A stretch of 64,000 bases of DNA from Microthyrium microscopicum (lineage: Eukaryota). A program made the translations under genes and the position numbers. The DNA is taken from positions 372,001-436,000 of the forward strand of contig MU004246.1 of the NCBI GenBank assembly GCA_010405405.1, given 5' to 3'. Shown here piece after piece: positions 12,106-24,403 of the stretch (its first letter is position 1; each line of letters opens with the position of its first letter). The notes beneath the pieces were generated by a model. The model was not told the origin of the DNA and ran no database searches. It was given only the letters and a program-made list of their open reading frames with translations.

Positions 12106-12321
12106 CAACCAATAGACAATGGCGTGTCCCCATCGACTTTGATGGCTCCTACATAACACGGTCTAGTATCGGGTGCTTTATTGACCATACAGGGCGCTCA
12201 GACTCGAATATCTTATCGAGTATAATTGAAATTACAACACGTTTTGATTAAAATGCGTTCGTGGGAGCCAGCGAAGTTGATGGGACTCTAGGAGAACGGT
12301 AGTTATTTTGTCAAGCGGTTG
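12106..12321. mobile_element. MITE/foldback element, copy 3 (reverse orientation to copy 1)
   Basis: Termini caacc...ggttg. gcgttcgtgggagcca (12255-12270) is the reverse complement of tggctcccacgaacgc in copy 1. Confidence 0.75.
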
Positions 12322-12556
12322 GCTCTTCAACTTCATGTCGCTGCTATCGACATTCTTCCTCTCAATCAATTTCTACCCTCCTTTAAATTAGTTGATAAAG
12401 CCCACCGTCCTCCAGAATGAGCCACGTACCCTAGAGGGTAGGAACACATCTGATGGGAAACAGAGCACCTGATGGGCAGGTCCCAGATGTTGCTTCGTCA
12501 GACACTGGAATTTTTGAAGATATTTGATTATCTTTGCTTTCTATTGATTAGATGGA

Positions 12557-13894
12557 TTATGCCTTTGGGTTCAAAGGAGCGACGTAGATGATCGATACCG
12601 CCATTTGTTCGGCCATACCATCACCACCTCCAAGCAGGCCACCTAGCATACCTCCCAACATACCTCCTCCATGGCCATGACCTGCCTCACGGCTAAAAGA
12701 AAGGTTAGTTATGTTCAACAGCACAAATTAGGACTCAAACTTACGCTGGATGTGCCAAGAGGTCATAGTTAGCCTGGATATCAATCTTATCACCCTTCTT
12801 GACCATGACACCTTCTGGACATGTTACCATAGCACCAATCGTTTCCCACGACTTTCCATCATGGGTCTTTCCGACATGACCAGGGCCACCATAGATAGCC
12901 TTGGAGTTACAGGCAACCTTGTCATTGATCTTTACTTCGATATTTGAACCACCATCATGCATGTGGCCTCGGAACATGAACATGAGGCTGTCCTCAGAAG
13001 CGATGATTGAGGTCGAATTGAGGGTAAACTTGTTCTGGCCCTTTGGTGTCATGACGATACCTGGAATGACCATTCCCTTGTCACAAGCCGAGACTGGAAC
13101 AAAGACAGGACTAGCATCGAGCATTCCCTCGGGCTTTCCTGGGATATATTCAATGTCTGCAGAGGCATAAACGTCAATGTCAGCCGGGTTGTAGTTGACA
13201 ACATCCAAGTTCATCAGAATGGGGGTATCCTTCTTCACGTAGTATCCTGTCTTCTTCATGGTAGGGGTTGCGTAATGAGCTTCAGCATCTTCGGCTGCGC
13301 CGCCTAATACTACAGTTCCTGGTATTGGTACATAGGAAATCGACTTTCCGTTCGCGCAGGTGAATGATGGCTTCTGAGGCTTCATGAGATCGTACACAAG
13401 GTAGTGGTGAGTATACACGTTTTGGTCAAGAGTGACTCTTTTAAAGTCCATGCCTTGAACCTCTACGACACCATCGAGGAGAGTGACGTCTGTTGGAAAG
13501 TCGGTGTCGACTAAAAAGTTATGACCAGTTCCGCCTGGATCCATGGACATTCCGCTGCCAACCTTGGTGGTGCTCTGCTTCCGTCAACATTGCGTATCTA
13601 CCTATCTTGGCATTATATCCATGTACTCACGTTTGCGCCTCTAAGCTTGAGAGGTCCCCATGTCATCCGGATGCGCTTTGCTGCAGGATTTCTGGGAGTA
13701 AGAGGCTCGATCTTGTAAGCCTTTGTAGCCATCCCCTTGGTCATTCCCTTGAGCATGTCCATCATGCCCGACTGCCGGGGCTCTAAACATCGTCAGCCAG
13801 ATCGCTTAGTGCCATAATTGACATTCATACCAAGCTGGACAGCGGCTCCATTGGCCAACACAGGCAATAGCAGAGACAAGATGCTGGTCTTCAT
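12557..13894 (-). CDS. Secreted protein with PHM/DBH-like copper-ligand pattern (HH...GHMHDGG...EQM), paralog 2
   Basis: Signal peptide MKTSILSLLLPVLANG; three GT-AG introns. AKRIRMTWGP matches AKRRKVRYGP of paralog 1. HH at 13404-13409, HMH at 12957-12965, Met at 12602-12604; last exon REAGHGHGGGMLGG...EQMAVSIIYVAPLNPKA*. Confidence 0.8.
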
Positions 13895-15440
13895 TTTTAA
13901 AATTCCTGTATCTTTTTTTTTGTGTAGGGTTGCTTTCCAAATCTACAGAAGGAACCTTTCCAATTATAATCTACTCCAACAGCTAAGTTCCTCCGGGCTT
14001 TCCTGTGCGAGACTCCCCCGGTGCCTATGTCAAGTAGTATAAACTTTGGGGTGTATTGAATGTGAAGAATGATATATATTAGAAAATTCATCTAAGCTAA
14101 TAAAATATGTTACTATAGTCACGTTTGAGCCCTGGAATACACATTTCTTATCCTCATGTTTCAGGAAATCGGTAGGCTCGGACTTGTTCTATATAAGATC
14201 GATGAGCTCTGCTCTCGTTCCATCTGATCGTCGAGCTTTCTTTCATCTTGAAGACAAAAGCACCAATACTGACCTTGGGAACAGTGGGAAGAGACAGTTC
14301 ATTTTGATATTATGAACCAATAATGGATGAGTCTCAACCAATTACTTCACCCTATATTACTTACCACTTTGATCCCCACACAACTTCGACGACATACATA
14401 CTACGGCACCCGTGGGAAGCCCTAACACGGATGGCTCCAGTGACTTTCTATCTGCTTAGTGGTGCATTGCTCAGGAAGTACTGTGGTTCTATTTTATGCT
14501 TTATATACCTCCGAGTCCCTGCAATCTATGCTTAAGAAGGATGTATGAAAGAATTGATCGCCACAAAAAGTCAAAATTGGGGGCAATTCCTTGTACTGGT
14601 CAGTTCGAGAGAATCTTGTACCGTGACCTAGGGACAGGTCTCTAGAAATAATTCGGCGCTCTGCTAAGCTTCCATGGACTGAGGTTTGTGATAAGGTAAC
14701 ATCCACATTCAAGCATGTGCTGTGGTACTTCATGGAACCTGTCTGAAATGGGCTGTTGACGGGCGGTATGAGAGAGGTAGGTTTGATGAAGAACATTAGT
14801 GGTTGCTTTCTCGTTCAAGAGACCCGACATACTTCATGCCCTTTACTCTCTCTGCACAGTAAAAGCAAATCGGCAAGCATATTTTCCTCGTGATCGTTCC
14901 TAACAGCAGCGCCACAGTGTATTTGACAGCCATCACGAAAATACTGATGGCTATCATTATTCCTAGATGCAGGTTGTAGGCCTCGCCAATTGAGCTGCTC
15001 ATGAACTCCTCACGAACCGAGATTTGTTTCGGTTATTATGCAGGTGTCAGATTCTGTGCAGCTCCATCTTGGCAGCTGAGAAAAGAATGTCATGAATTCC
15101 AGCTTGGCTGCTACGATTGCATATTTTAGCTCGAGTGGCACAACACCATGCTCGTGATAGGATACGGCACGAAGCCAAGAGCACGTCTTGACAAAGCCTG
15201 GATCGTGTTCGTACAGCGTCCAAAACCTGGCGCGACTCGTGTTCCTCAGTCCATTTACTTGCTGACCCATAATGAAAGACTTTTTCAATCAAGGCTGAGA
15301 AAAAGTTTGGAAGGAGATATTGGTCTTCGAAGTCGGACTGTTGCAATTTCGATTTGGCACAGCGCCGGATACTAACGAGCCATTGTGATAAGCTGGGCAG
15401 CCTCTCATCAACAGCCATAAAGACATCGAAGCCTCCCATC

Positions 15441-16574
15441 ATGAAGTTGCAATCAGTGTTGCTGACCACAATTGGTCTTGCATCAGCCCAAGATCTTCTG
15501 TCAGCCTTGTCCGGATATCCAGATACATCAACATTTGCAACATACATCCCTGAGATAGCAAACGACTTGAACACCACAGCCGGCCAAAAATACACTGTGC
15601 TCATACCCAGCAACGAAGCATTCACAAAATTCGCAGCTAGACACGGCGCCATCGATACTTTACCTGCCGATACCCGCAAAGCCTACCTTCGCTACCACGT
15701 CCTCGCCAGCTCTCTCACAAGCACAAACTTTTCCCAGCCACAAGGTCTCACTGTCCCCACTCTGCTCACAGACACCAAGTTCAACAATCGCAGCGCTGGT
15801 GATGCGCTCACCAAGATCTATGGCGAGCGCGCTGCCGGCCAGGTCCTCTATATTGCCAAAAACGTGAACGCAACTTCAGGTTACGCATATCGCGTGCGGA
15901 GACAAAGCAGCGGTAATACAGAAGTTCGCGGCGGCCTTGCAAGCGATAGCCAATTGACAGCCATCGACGGCACATGGTCTGGCGGGACTTTCCAGCTGAT
16001 TGACACCGTGCTTGAGCCACCGCTAGCATGCAGCAAAACCATCCGCAGCATTCCCGCCCTGGTTTCGTTAGACAACGCGCTGAATCGCAGCTCCATCTGG
16101 CCAGCACTAGATACTTCGCGCAATGTGACATGTCTCGCGCCAGACAAGCAGGCTTTCGCAGCAGCAGGCGACGCAGATGCGAATCTGAACAAAGCGAACC
16201 TCGTCAATGCGCTACTTTTTCACACGCTGCCTCTGCCGGTGTATAGCAGTTTTGCGAGCGATGGCATGGAGTTCAAAAGTTTGGGGAATTTGACGGTCCG
16301 TGTGACGGTTAATTTGACCGGAATGTGGTTTAATGATGCCAAGGTCAAGGAGATGAATGTGTTGACGAATAATTGGGTTATTCATGTGCTGGATAAAGTG
16401 ATGAGTCCGATCGACGGTGAGAAACTACCGAATACTGGGAATGGGACGGGTAATGGAACGAGTGTTGGATCGGGTGGTAAAACTGGTGAGGCGACGTCGA
16501 CTAGGAGTATGCTGGAGATCCAGTGGTATCTTGCGATGGTGATATGTCTCGCATTTGGCCTGTCTCTTATCTGA
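15441..16574 (+). CDS. Fasciclin (two FAS1 domains), probably GPI-anchored
   Basis: Signal peptide MKLQSVLLTTIGLASA. FAS1 motifs TVLIPSNEAF, YHVL, QLIDTVL, TCLAPDKQAF, FHTL, VIHVLDKV; G/T/N-rich linker and hydrophobic C-terminus. Confidence 0.88.
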   Translation: MKLQSVLLTTIGLASAQDLLSALSGYPDTSTFATYIPEIANDLNTTAGQKYTVLIPSNEAFTKFAARHGAIDTLPADTRKAYLRYHVLASSLTSTNFSQPQGLTVPTLLTDTKFNNRSAGDALTKIYGERAAGQVLYIAKNVNATSGYAYRVRRQSSGNTEVRGGLASDSQLTAIDGTWSGGTFQLIDTVLEPPLACSKTIRSIPALVSLDNALNRSSIWPALDTSRNVTCLAPDKQAFAAAGDADANLNKANLVNALLFHTLPLPVYSSFASDGMEFKSLGNLTVRVTVNLTGMWFNDAKVKEMNVLTNNWVIHVLDKVMSPIDGEKLPNTGNGTGNGTSVGSGGKTGEATSTRSMLEIQWYLAMVICLAFGLSLI

Positions 16575-16897
16575 AGTCACAATAGGATGTGGTGCTGCTA
16601 CGCTAGATTATGAAGTGCTCTCATTCGCCTCATACGCGTGAGAAGTCGGACTTTTTATCGAACGCTCTGCGAAATATCGCATCTATTCGTATATATAGTA
16701 TGATGGCTGATAGCGCAGTCGATGGAAATAAGCCGGTTATTTTGACTGTCCGCAAGTTGACCATTTATTGCATTTCGGAGCCTGAATAGATATTAAAGCT
16801 TATGAATTTGAACAGTTTTTAGTAATTACAGGAAGGGAGAAACAAGCACACTTGCCATAACAATGTGACCGTGGAACCATCGCAATGCGGTTTGATT

Positions 16898-18314
16898 CTA
16901 TGCCCTCATCGTCTTCTTCTTCTGAGATCTCCGCATCTCTAAAGTTCGCTCCTTTTCAAGGAATTTTCGTTGTTGCTCAGAGGTCATGTTCTTCAGCTGA
17001 GCATCACGTAGGTCTTTCTTGTCCTTGTCCGTCTTCAGTTTTCTCTCTTCCGCGAGCGCAACTTCATCCTCTTTCTTGATACGGCTAATTTCGGCTTCTC
17101 GAACTTGCTTAACCTTCTTCAAGACTTCAGGCCTGAAACGGGCATTTTGAACTAGCATATCAGGAAGGCGAAGGTAGTACGCAAATATGGGCATGCTTTG
17201 GATATAGCCTTCCTGAACGGATGGTAGGCGTAGGCAAAGCGAAATGCGCTTGCGTGGAATGGTCTCGTTAAGTCTAGAGTAGGTAGGTTAGAGTGGCGCT
17301 GGTCCCTTTTGAGCATAATGAACTTACTTAGATGGGCGATCTACTGGCTGGTCCGTAATGATCAATGTCTCAAAAAGGTCACCAGCGTCTGCAACTGCCT
17401 TAATAAGCTCCGGAGTGAGGATTTTCTCGGTAATTTCGGCACTTTCGCTCAACGTCGTGGCCCAATCGGGAAGCTTCGCATGATCTTTTGCAGAAGGAAG
17501 ACTCAGATCGTATCGGTCTTCTCGGATAGTCTTCAGCTGACGCTTGTGAATTACAGCAAATACGAATCCGTCATAGCCTGAATTGGAAGTTTGTGGTTCT
17601 GGAATGTCCTTCTTGCGTGGAACGAGAGCAGCCTCTCGATTGTCGAATGGGTAGGTAACGGCTTCCATGCGCTCTATTGTCGGCGTGATGCTATCGAATG
17701 CGAACCCCAATAGATGCTCTCCAAGCATAATCAGTGGGTTATAGCGCTTCATAAGGATGACCTTAATATCGACAAACGCGACATTGTTGCGTCCAGTCGC
17801 ATAGGTGATGAACTCATCGGCCTTTGACTCTTGTAATATGTCTTCTGGCTGAGTTGTTTCTTCCTCGGTTTTGCTGGCGACACCAACTTGAGCGAACTCG
17901 AATTGTAGCGCTGGGGCGTGGTGGCGAGCCCAATCGCTGGCCTTCTTGCGGTTCAATCGCATTCCAAACAGATGGATACCAAGAACGAGGATTATAAAAG
18001 GAGCAATGATCATTTCTTGATAGAAATCGGACAACTGCGTCCTCTCCCAGACGCGATACCATTTTGTGTAAGGAATTGAGGGCGTGAGCGTTGGAGCAGG
18101 GCCACCAGCACCAGCGGACGGTATACTGGACGAGATGGACGCGAACGAGACTGGCTCAGGTTCAGGTGCGTTGGCAAAGTCCGCGAAGCCTATTTTATTG
18201 CAATGTTAGCATGACTTCTGGTGTTTTGGTGGTTTGTGTACCTGTATCATCTGTGAGTGGCTTCTGAGCAGGTTTGCCATCGCCTCCCAGAATGTTTTTG
18301 AGGAAGCTAGCCAT
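16898..18314 (-). CDS. CCDC47: DUF1682 / PAT complex subunit CCDC47 homolog
   Basis: MASFLKNILGG...FADFA; introns 18190-18241 and 17274-17327. TM segment followed by NRKKA..W, YATGRNN, LIITDQP and a charged coiled-coil ending EQQRKFLEKE...KKTMRA. Confidence 0.85.
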
Positions 18315-19082
18315 TTTCAACGATCCTACGATGAGCTGTCAAGTTACTCAGGAGATGAAAAGTAGAAGATAGGAGCATCAACTGGTGAGAAGCAGTCTAA
18401 GCAGAGCTCCAAAAGCAACAACCTCAAGGATTGAACATTGAAGCTCCATTTTCGGGCCGTTATGGTGTTTCGGCATGCCGATGATTTGCCATCCTCTGAT
18501 CTATCATCTCCTTCAATCGCCGGCTCACATACACTATGTACGCTTTACATTCGCCGTCCTTCCCGTGCGCTCTCAGCCATCAAAGTCGTCGAACAAACTT
18601 CAATCTAGGTATCAAGTATGATGGGCAGAAGAGTTCTTTTCTTCTTAAAGAGGCGAGTGGGCCAAAGGTGGGGATGGAATCACGCGACTGGTTTTGCTCA
18701 GAGGCTGTCTCTCACTTCTCGTGACGGCGCGATTCAAACAGGTACGTACCGGACTATCTCATCAATTTTGATTTACGCATGTTGATCCAAGTACCAGTAA
18801 CAAAGTATAGATCGATAGTGCTGAACCATACAATCTTGCTTTTGCGGCCTTCGTATCTGAAAATGGCTATTTCGACTCCTCACCGGACCTTCATCCTCAT
18901 TCGTTGAACTTTAGTTGCATCACAGCCTCAGAAGTATCACCAATCACCATGTTCCATTAACACCGAGCATGCAGCTTACTGTTGTAGCCTATTGGCCATG
19001 TCCATAGCTTCTCCTTGAGTCTGAGGATATCCCACTTTCTCTTTTAGTATTCACTTTCCGGGTTGACAACGAAACATACGAG

Positions 19083-21146
19083 ATGTCCAAAAATATACTC
19101 CCGCCCGCTTCTGTCCACTACCCCGATCAGCTGGGGGCTGGCGAGATCCGTGTGCTTCGAATATGTAAAGAGCAGCCTATCGTGAAATATCAAGGTTTGA
19201 CGTTAGGCAGCTACATCCTAGAAAGAGTGCCATTAGGCAAGCAACTCAGAGGAGACTCTTCGCAAAGTTCAGCATCAACATCGAATGAGGATTTCCCAGA
19301 GGCCAGTCCAGATATAGACTTCACGGCTTTATCATACGTGTGGGGAAGCGAAGATGACAAGATGAAGATAGTCCTCAATGGCGCAATCTTTGAAATTACC
19401 CAAAACCTTCACGTTGCAATCATTCTCCTGAGGTCGGAGATCCTGAAGCAGCCTATATGGATTGATGCCATCTGCATCAACCAAACGAATTCTGTCGAAA
19501 AGGGATTTCAGTTGGCCCAGATGGCAGACGTATATCGCCAAGCTCGCAAAGTCATCGTATGGCTTGGTCCAAGCATTGGTGCGTCAGATACGGCCATGAG
19601 ACGGGCCTGTGTGATCGGCTGCAAAGCCTTGCAATACGGAGTCAGACCATCGAACGAACCGCAGGAGGCACTGGAATTGAAGCAGGATCCTCAGTCGGAA
19701 GAGTTGTTATCAGAGGTCTCAGAAATGGTTGCATCCAAAGACCCAACACAGCATTTCCCAGCTTACGATTTCGTGAAATTGACCTACAGGCCTTGGTTCT
19801 CGCGAGCATGGATTCTGCAAGAAGTCACGGTTGCCGAAGGAGAAGTATGGATAGCATGTGGAGATGTCGGACTACCCCTAGATGTATTTGCAGCAGCAGT
19901 AAAACTCGTGGCGCTTTGGCTTACTTCCGAGCTGCGCAAAGTAACACCTGCAGGCACCAGTACAGAGGAGCATAACCAGATATCGACTCTGATGGAACGT
20001 ATTGGGATGTCTAAGCTTGTAGACCCTTTCTTCTCTGCCTGGAGCCTCATCAGCCAATTTGGAGGCCCAACCAAGCAGGACAACCCTCTTCTCCCCGTGA
20101 ACCCTCAAGCATCGATGACGCTGGGCACACGTTGGAAGTACTGGAAGTTGAGAGATCAAGGGAACACCATGAGTTTGATGTCGCTGCTTACGCGCAACTT
20201 CACCCTAGACACGACAGAAGGTCTTCAATGTCGTGAGCCCAAAGACAAGATTTACGCGCTCGCGGGCATCTCGGGCGATATGGGGTTTCTCGGAGACCCG
20301 TCAAGATTCTGTGATCGTGCATGGCCGGCACATAATGTGTACATGGACACGGCCCGGCATCTGATAGGACTGGCCAACATTGATGTCCTCAGCCTGTGCC
20401 GTGAGCAGGATCCTAGCCTTCCATCGTGGGTTCCAGACTGGTCGAAGCGCATCCGGCAACCCTGGAGCCTATATCGTGACGATGGACTCTTTCACGCTTC
20501 AGGAGTATCAGAATCACGAACGAACACTTTTCTCTCAGAAGCAGGTGATGCATCGTCCAGGGTTCTGAACTTGAATGTCTACAGGGTCGACAGCGTGAAG
20601 ACGACTGGCCTGAAAGAATACGGCTCCATATGGGAAGCGGGACTGGACGATCCATTCGACTACAAGTCTGCTGGTGAAGTCTTTGATACAGTCAAGCATT
20701 TCCTTTCTCTCAGCAAGAGAGGTTACACAAAGGATGCGATATGGCGCATATCCGTAGGGGATAAGGAAACTGACAAGCAAGGTCAATTCAAACGTGCATC
20801 ACCAACCTTTGAGGAAGCATATGTCCAAATGGTAACCGAAATTCGGTCACATCATCCTGGAAAACGATATCTAGGACCGGCTTTCGCAGCATATCAGAAC
20901 ATGATGCTGTCTATGCATGGAAGCACTCCCTTTCTGTCTCAACAAGGCTATGTCGGCCTCTGTCCGGATACTACTGAGCATGATGATGTGATATGCATTC
21001 CGGTTGGCTCTCATGTTCCATATGTCTTTAGGAGAAGTGCTAATGGAACAACCTTTCGTTTGATTGGAGAAGCATACGTCCATGGTATCATGGATGGGGA
21101 ATGTATATTCGAAAGTTTGTCTACAGAACACATAATATTGGAATGA
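19083..21146 (+). CDS. HET-domain protein (HET-6-like heterokaryon incompatibility)
   Basis: FTALSYVWG, IWIDAICINQ, QMADVYRQARKVIVWLG, PWFSRAWILQE, DKIYAL, LPSWVPDWS and C-terminal LIGEAYVHGIMDGE. Confidence 0.92.
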   Translation: MSKNILPPASVHYPDQLGAGEIRVLRICKEQPIVKYQGLTLGSYILERVPLGKQLRGDSSQSSASTSNEDFPEASPDIDFTALSYVWGSEDDKMKIVLNGAIFEITQNLHVAIILLRSEILKQPIWIDAICINQTNSVEKGFQLAQMADVYRQARKVIVWLGPSIGASDTAMRRACVIGCKALQYGVRPSNEPQEALELKQDPQSEELLSEVSEMVASKDPTQHFPAYDFVKLTYRPWFSRAWILQEVTVAEGEVWIACGDVGLPLDVFAAAVKLVALWLTSELRKVTPAGTSTEEHNQISTLMERIGMSKLVDPFFSAWSLISQFGGPTKQDNPLLPVNPQASMTLGTRWKYWKLRDQGNTMSLMSLLTRNFTLDTTEGLQCREPKDKIYALAGISGDMGFLGDPSRFCDRAWPAHNVYMDTARHLIGLANIDVLSLCREQDPSLPSWVPDWSKRIRQPWSLYRDDGLFHASGVSESRTNTFLSEAGDASSRVLNLNVYRVDSVKTTGLKEYGSIWEAGLDDPFDYKSAGEVFDTVKHFLSLSKRGYTKDAIWRISVGDKETDKQGQFKRASPTFEEAYVQMVTEIRSHHPGKRYLGPAFAAYQNMMLSMHGSTPFLSQQGYVGLCPDTTEHDDVICIPVGSHVPYVFRRSANGTTFRLIGEAYVHGIMDGECIFESLSTEHIILE

Positions 21147-21780
21147 TGTATTACGATGCCAAAAGGCATGAACTGCCTATTTCTATGGACCATTCAAAAA
21201 ATTCCTGTCTACTTCCTGCCAACTTATTCATAGACCAGATCTAGAATCGTTTGAGATGACTCAAAAATGGACTATCACCCCAAATTCAATGCTAAGTCTC
21301 ATTGGTTAAAATCCCTGGTCTTTTCCCAGACCTCTATCATCCGCTGCTACAGAGACGCTGCCTCATTTCCCGTTGAAGACGTAAATGCTCGGTTACCTAT
21401 CGAATGTGCTTGAAATGAATGCATCTCTTCCTGGACTAATACGAGCTAGATAGGCACCCTCGTTGATGACAGCGCGCCACACAATCTGTCGCTCGGTTGC
21501 GTGCTTAGTAGAGTATCTCAAGGATTGTTTGTTATGCAAAGTATATCTACCTAGTAGATATAGTACTTGAAGCAAATCATATCATAATTTGGAAATTGTT
21601 GGGGCAGGAACCCCTGAACATCTCGTGTTGTCGCACGTGAGCCCCCTGTTATTCTTGTATATAAACATCTCGATCGATTATCGAAGAGTCTTTCGACCCC
21701 TCTTTCCCTTTCTTATTGTCTTTCAACGTTACCAGTACTACTGAAATCTATTGTTTCTGCCGTATTGACCCTATCACACT

Positions 21781-21814
21781 CACCTCTTAACCACACCTCT
21801 TAACCACACCTCTT
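21781..21814 (+). repeat. Short tandem repeat, 13-bp unit (cacctcttaacca), about 2.6 copies
   Basis: cacctcttaaccacacctcttaaccacacctctt, just upstream of the 21877 start. Confidence 0.7.
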
Positions 21815-21876
21815 GAACCCCAAAGCACTAAGCTTCGCACATTACCAACTAGAGATAAAAATTAAGAGATATCAAT

Positions 21877-23035
21877 ATGGTGATCACTTCAGAGGATCAT
21901 TTCGGCACGATGCAAAAACGTCTTACGTGGACGTTGTTCCACCATGCATCCACCAAGCCTTGGCCAACATGGCCCAATGGAACATTACCTCGAGAAGGTC
22001 AGAATCTAGATCCGTATTTCGAAGTCCTTTGCCACGTCCCGGGCGTAGAGAATGTACGAATTGGGCGTAAAGTAGAAGATGTTGACCAGGCTGCCTATAT
22101 AGTCTGTGAGTTTTGTTGTTTATCATGTTTATCGAAGTCTACCACACGTGCATTAACTTGTACCTATCTCGAAAGTGCAGTTGCATATACACGTGTGGAG
22201 GAGGCTAAAAGTCATTCTATTCACTCACCCAATACCTTCAAGTACTTCCTAAGTTCCTAGTACCTACTGTACCTAACAATTTCCTCATAATACAGTATGG
22301 AGCTCCGCCGACGCACTCGCCTCATTCCAAGCATCCGCACTCTTTCCTGATTTTCTCAGGCTCCTACCCATTGGAAACGAGCAATCAGAGGCATATGACA
22401 CATCTCTGTCACGTATTATCAGCCTACAATTTGACCACGGCTTCGACATGGACACTGAACTCTACGGCCGCGTGACCCTGAACAAATTCACTGGTCTCGC
22501 TGATTGGGAATCCTGGCACTGGGGCGTGCGCAAAGCATTCAACGGATTCTTCCCGCTCGGTTGCATGGACATTCATAGGAAGAGGCCGCCAATGTACCAC
22601 TATTGCGTCACCTGGGTGGACCAACAAGGCGGTGAACAGCAAGGAATGTGGGACTGGGACCCATCGAAAAGCCTTGAGGATAAGCCGGAGATCAAGAAAG
22701 TGATAGCACGAGGCGACGAGCATGTGCGCGAGCGCTGGGAATTCCTCCGGTGGAACCAGCCCATCTACTACGGAGCCACGCGAGAGCGCGAAGAAGAGAG
22801 CACAAAACAGCCAGGGGCCATGCAGCATTGGGAGAAAGCGATACAGCGGGCCATGCCTCCAATACAAACGTGGGTACAGGAGCGTTGGGATATCGAGAAA
22901 CCATACTTTCCTATCGCGCCCGACGAGGATGATGTCGATATAGACATGGAAGACCTGGAACTTGATGAGGAAGACGAGTTCTCCGCATGTGAAGAACTTG
23001 AAGAAGACGACAGTCTGCCAGTGAGCATTAGATAA
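21877..23035 (+). CDS. Hypothetical protein, dimeric alpha-beta barrel (ABM-like) pattern with acidic tail
   Basis: Intron 22106-22295 joins PGVENVRIGRKVEDVDQAAYIV to LWSSADALASFQAS and continues into the 195-aa ORF; D/E-rich C-terminus. Confidence 0.6.
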
Positions 23036-23185
23036 GAAAGTAAGGCTTGCGCAGCTAGCAACATTTATTTATGTTCCTCCTTTTCCTGGCAGACACGGCT
23101 ATCAATTGCACTCCTAACGTATTAAGCCTAAGCCTCATATTCCCATAGCTACTTATCGTTATCCATTTCCATACACGATGCATCT

Positions 23186-24403
23186 CTAGCGCTGCGCAGA
23201 ATCTGGCCTATTCGTAAAGTCCCAGTTCTCAGGGATCGCCGGAGCAGTGCCAAACAGATAATACATCGATGCTATGAAAAACACATAGTTCTCAGGGTTC
23301 GTTCGAAGGACCGACGCCGATTTCCTACGATTAATACATTCCGCCAAAGTATCTGGTAAAGAAACCATTATAATCAGTCGCATGTCGCAGAGCAAGATAT
23401 ATCGCATTTGTGGATACAGCATACCGATGGTAGGCAATGCGAAACGCTGCGTGATGGAGATAACTTACAGAATTCAGAACTGCCCTCCAGCATTCCATCT
23501 GGCGGCCCAACCCCGAATATAAGATGGAACGCCTCATGCAGCAGCGTCATACACTTGGGCAGTGCAGTCTGTAGCGAATGCCCCTGCCTTATCTGATTCG
23601 ACCCTGCAGGCCAAGTAGCGGGTTTATCGGGGTTGTCAAAGCTCCCAGGACAAAGCAGTATGGTCGAGTATACAGCGTGCTTCTTCGCCGCACCGTTGGG
23701 GTCGGCAACGTAAAGATCCAGGATGGCCGTGAGTCCGTCGCGTCCATCTGTATTGCAGTAGTTACCGCCGCTATCTGCAGCAGTGAAGTAGTACCCGTTG
23801 GCCGTGGTGTGTGTACCGGCCCACCAAGGAACATTTTGGCCTGTCAGCTTAGTCGCATAGGCAGTGGAGATAGGCACGTTCTGTCCGTTTTGCGTGATGC
23901 CGTTGCCCTGGTAGTCCTGAGCTTGATCAGTGACTGCATGTCTGACGAGAAATGAGCTATCGCAGAAGAGAAACGTTTCGTCTGGAGGTATTTCTGGAAA
24001 TCCTGTCGTGAACCACGTTCTGACATATTCGAGGTTGGCTATTCCAGGTTTTTAGTTTTCAATTTCGCTCGAAGTCGATCGACTATTTGAACATACTAGC
24101 GATCTTATCTCTACCATTTTGACCCCTTTGAATGGACGGAGAGATCTTGAAGAACGTGTCAAGCGCTCTGCGAACCTTTCTGCCATTGGCAGTATTTGCA
24201 CCTCCGTGGGTTCTGATAGCGTTAATGGCAACCTGGACGCTTTGCAAGCTCTCCGTTGCATATTGGTTTAGATCTGCAGTCCTTGCACCGCAACCGCCAT
24301 TCGTGGTGCCTGGTTGTATGGTGAGCAAATTTGCGAGATTCTGACCATGAACAACCAAAGCGCAAGAGAGAATGAAAACGACGAAACTTGGAAGCTGTGC
24401 CAT
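23186..24403 (-). CDS. Secreted HExxH zinc metalloprotease-like protein (aspzincin/M35-related)
   Basis: Signal peptide MAQLPSFVVFILSCALVVHG; introns 24039-24096 and 23353-23468. TILLCP, TLLHEAFH (HEAFH at 23524-23538), EFY...C...NPENYVFF. Confidence 0.8.
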
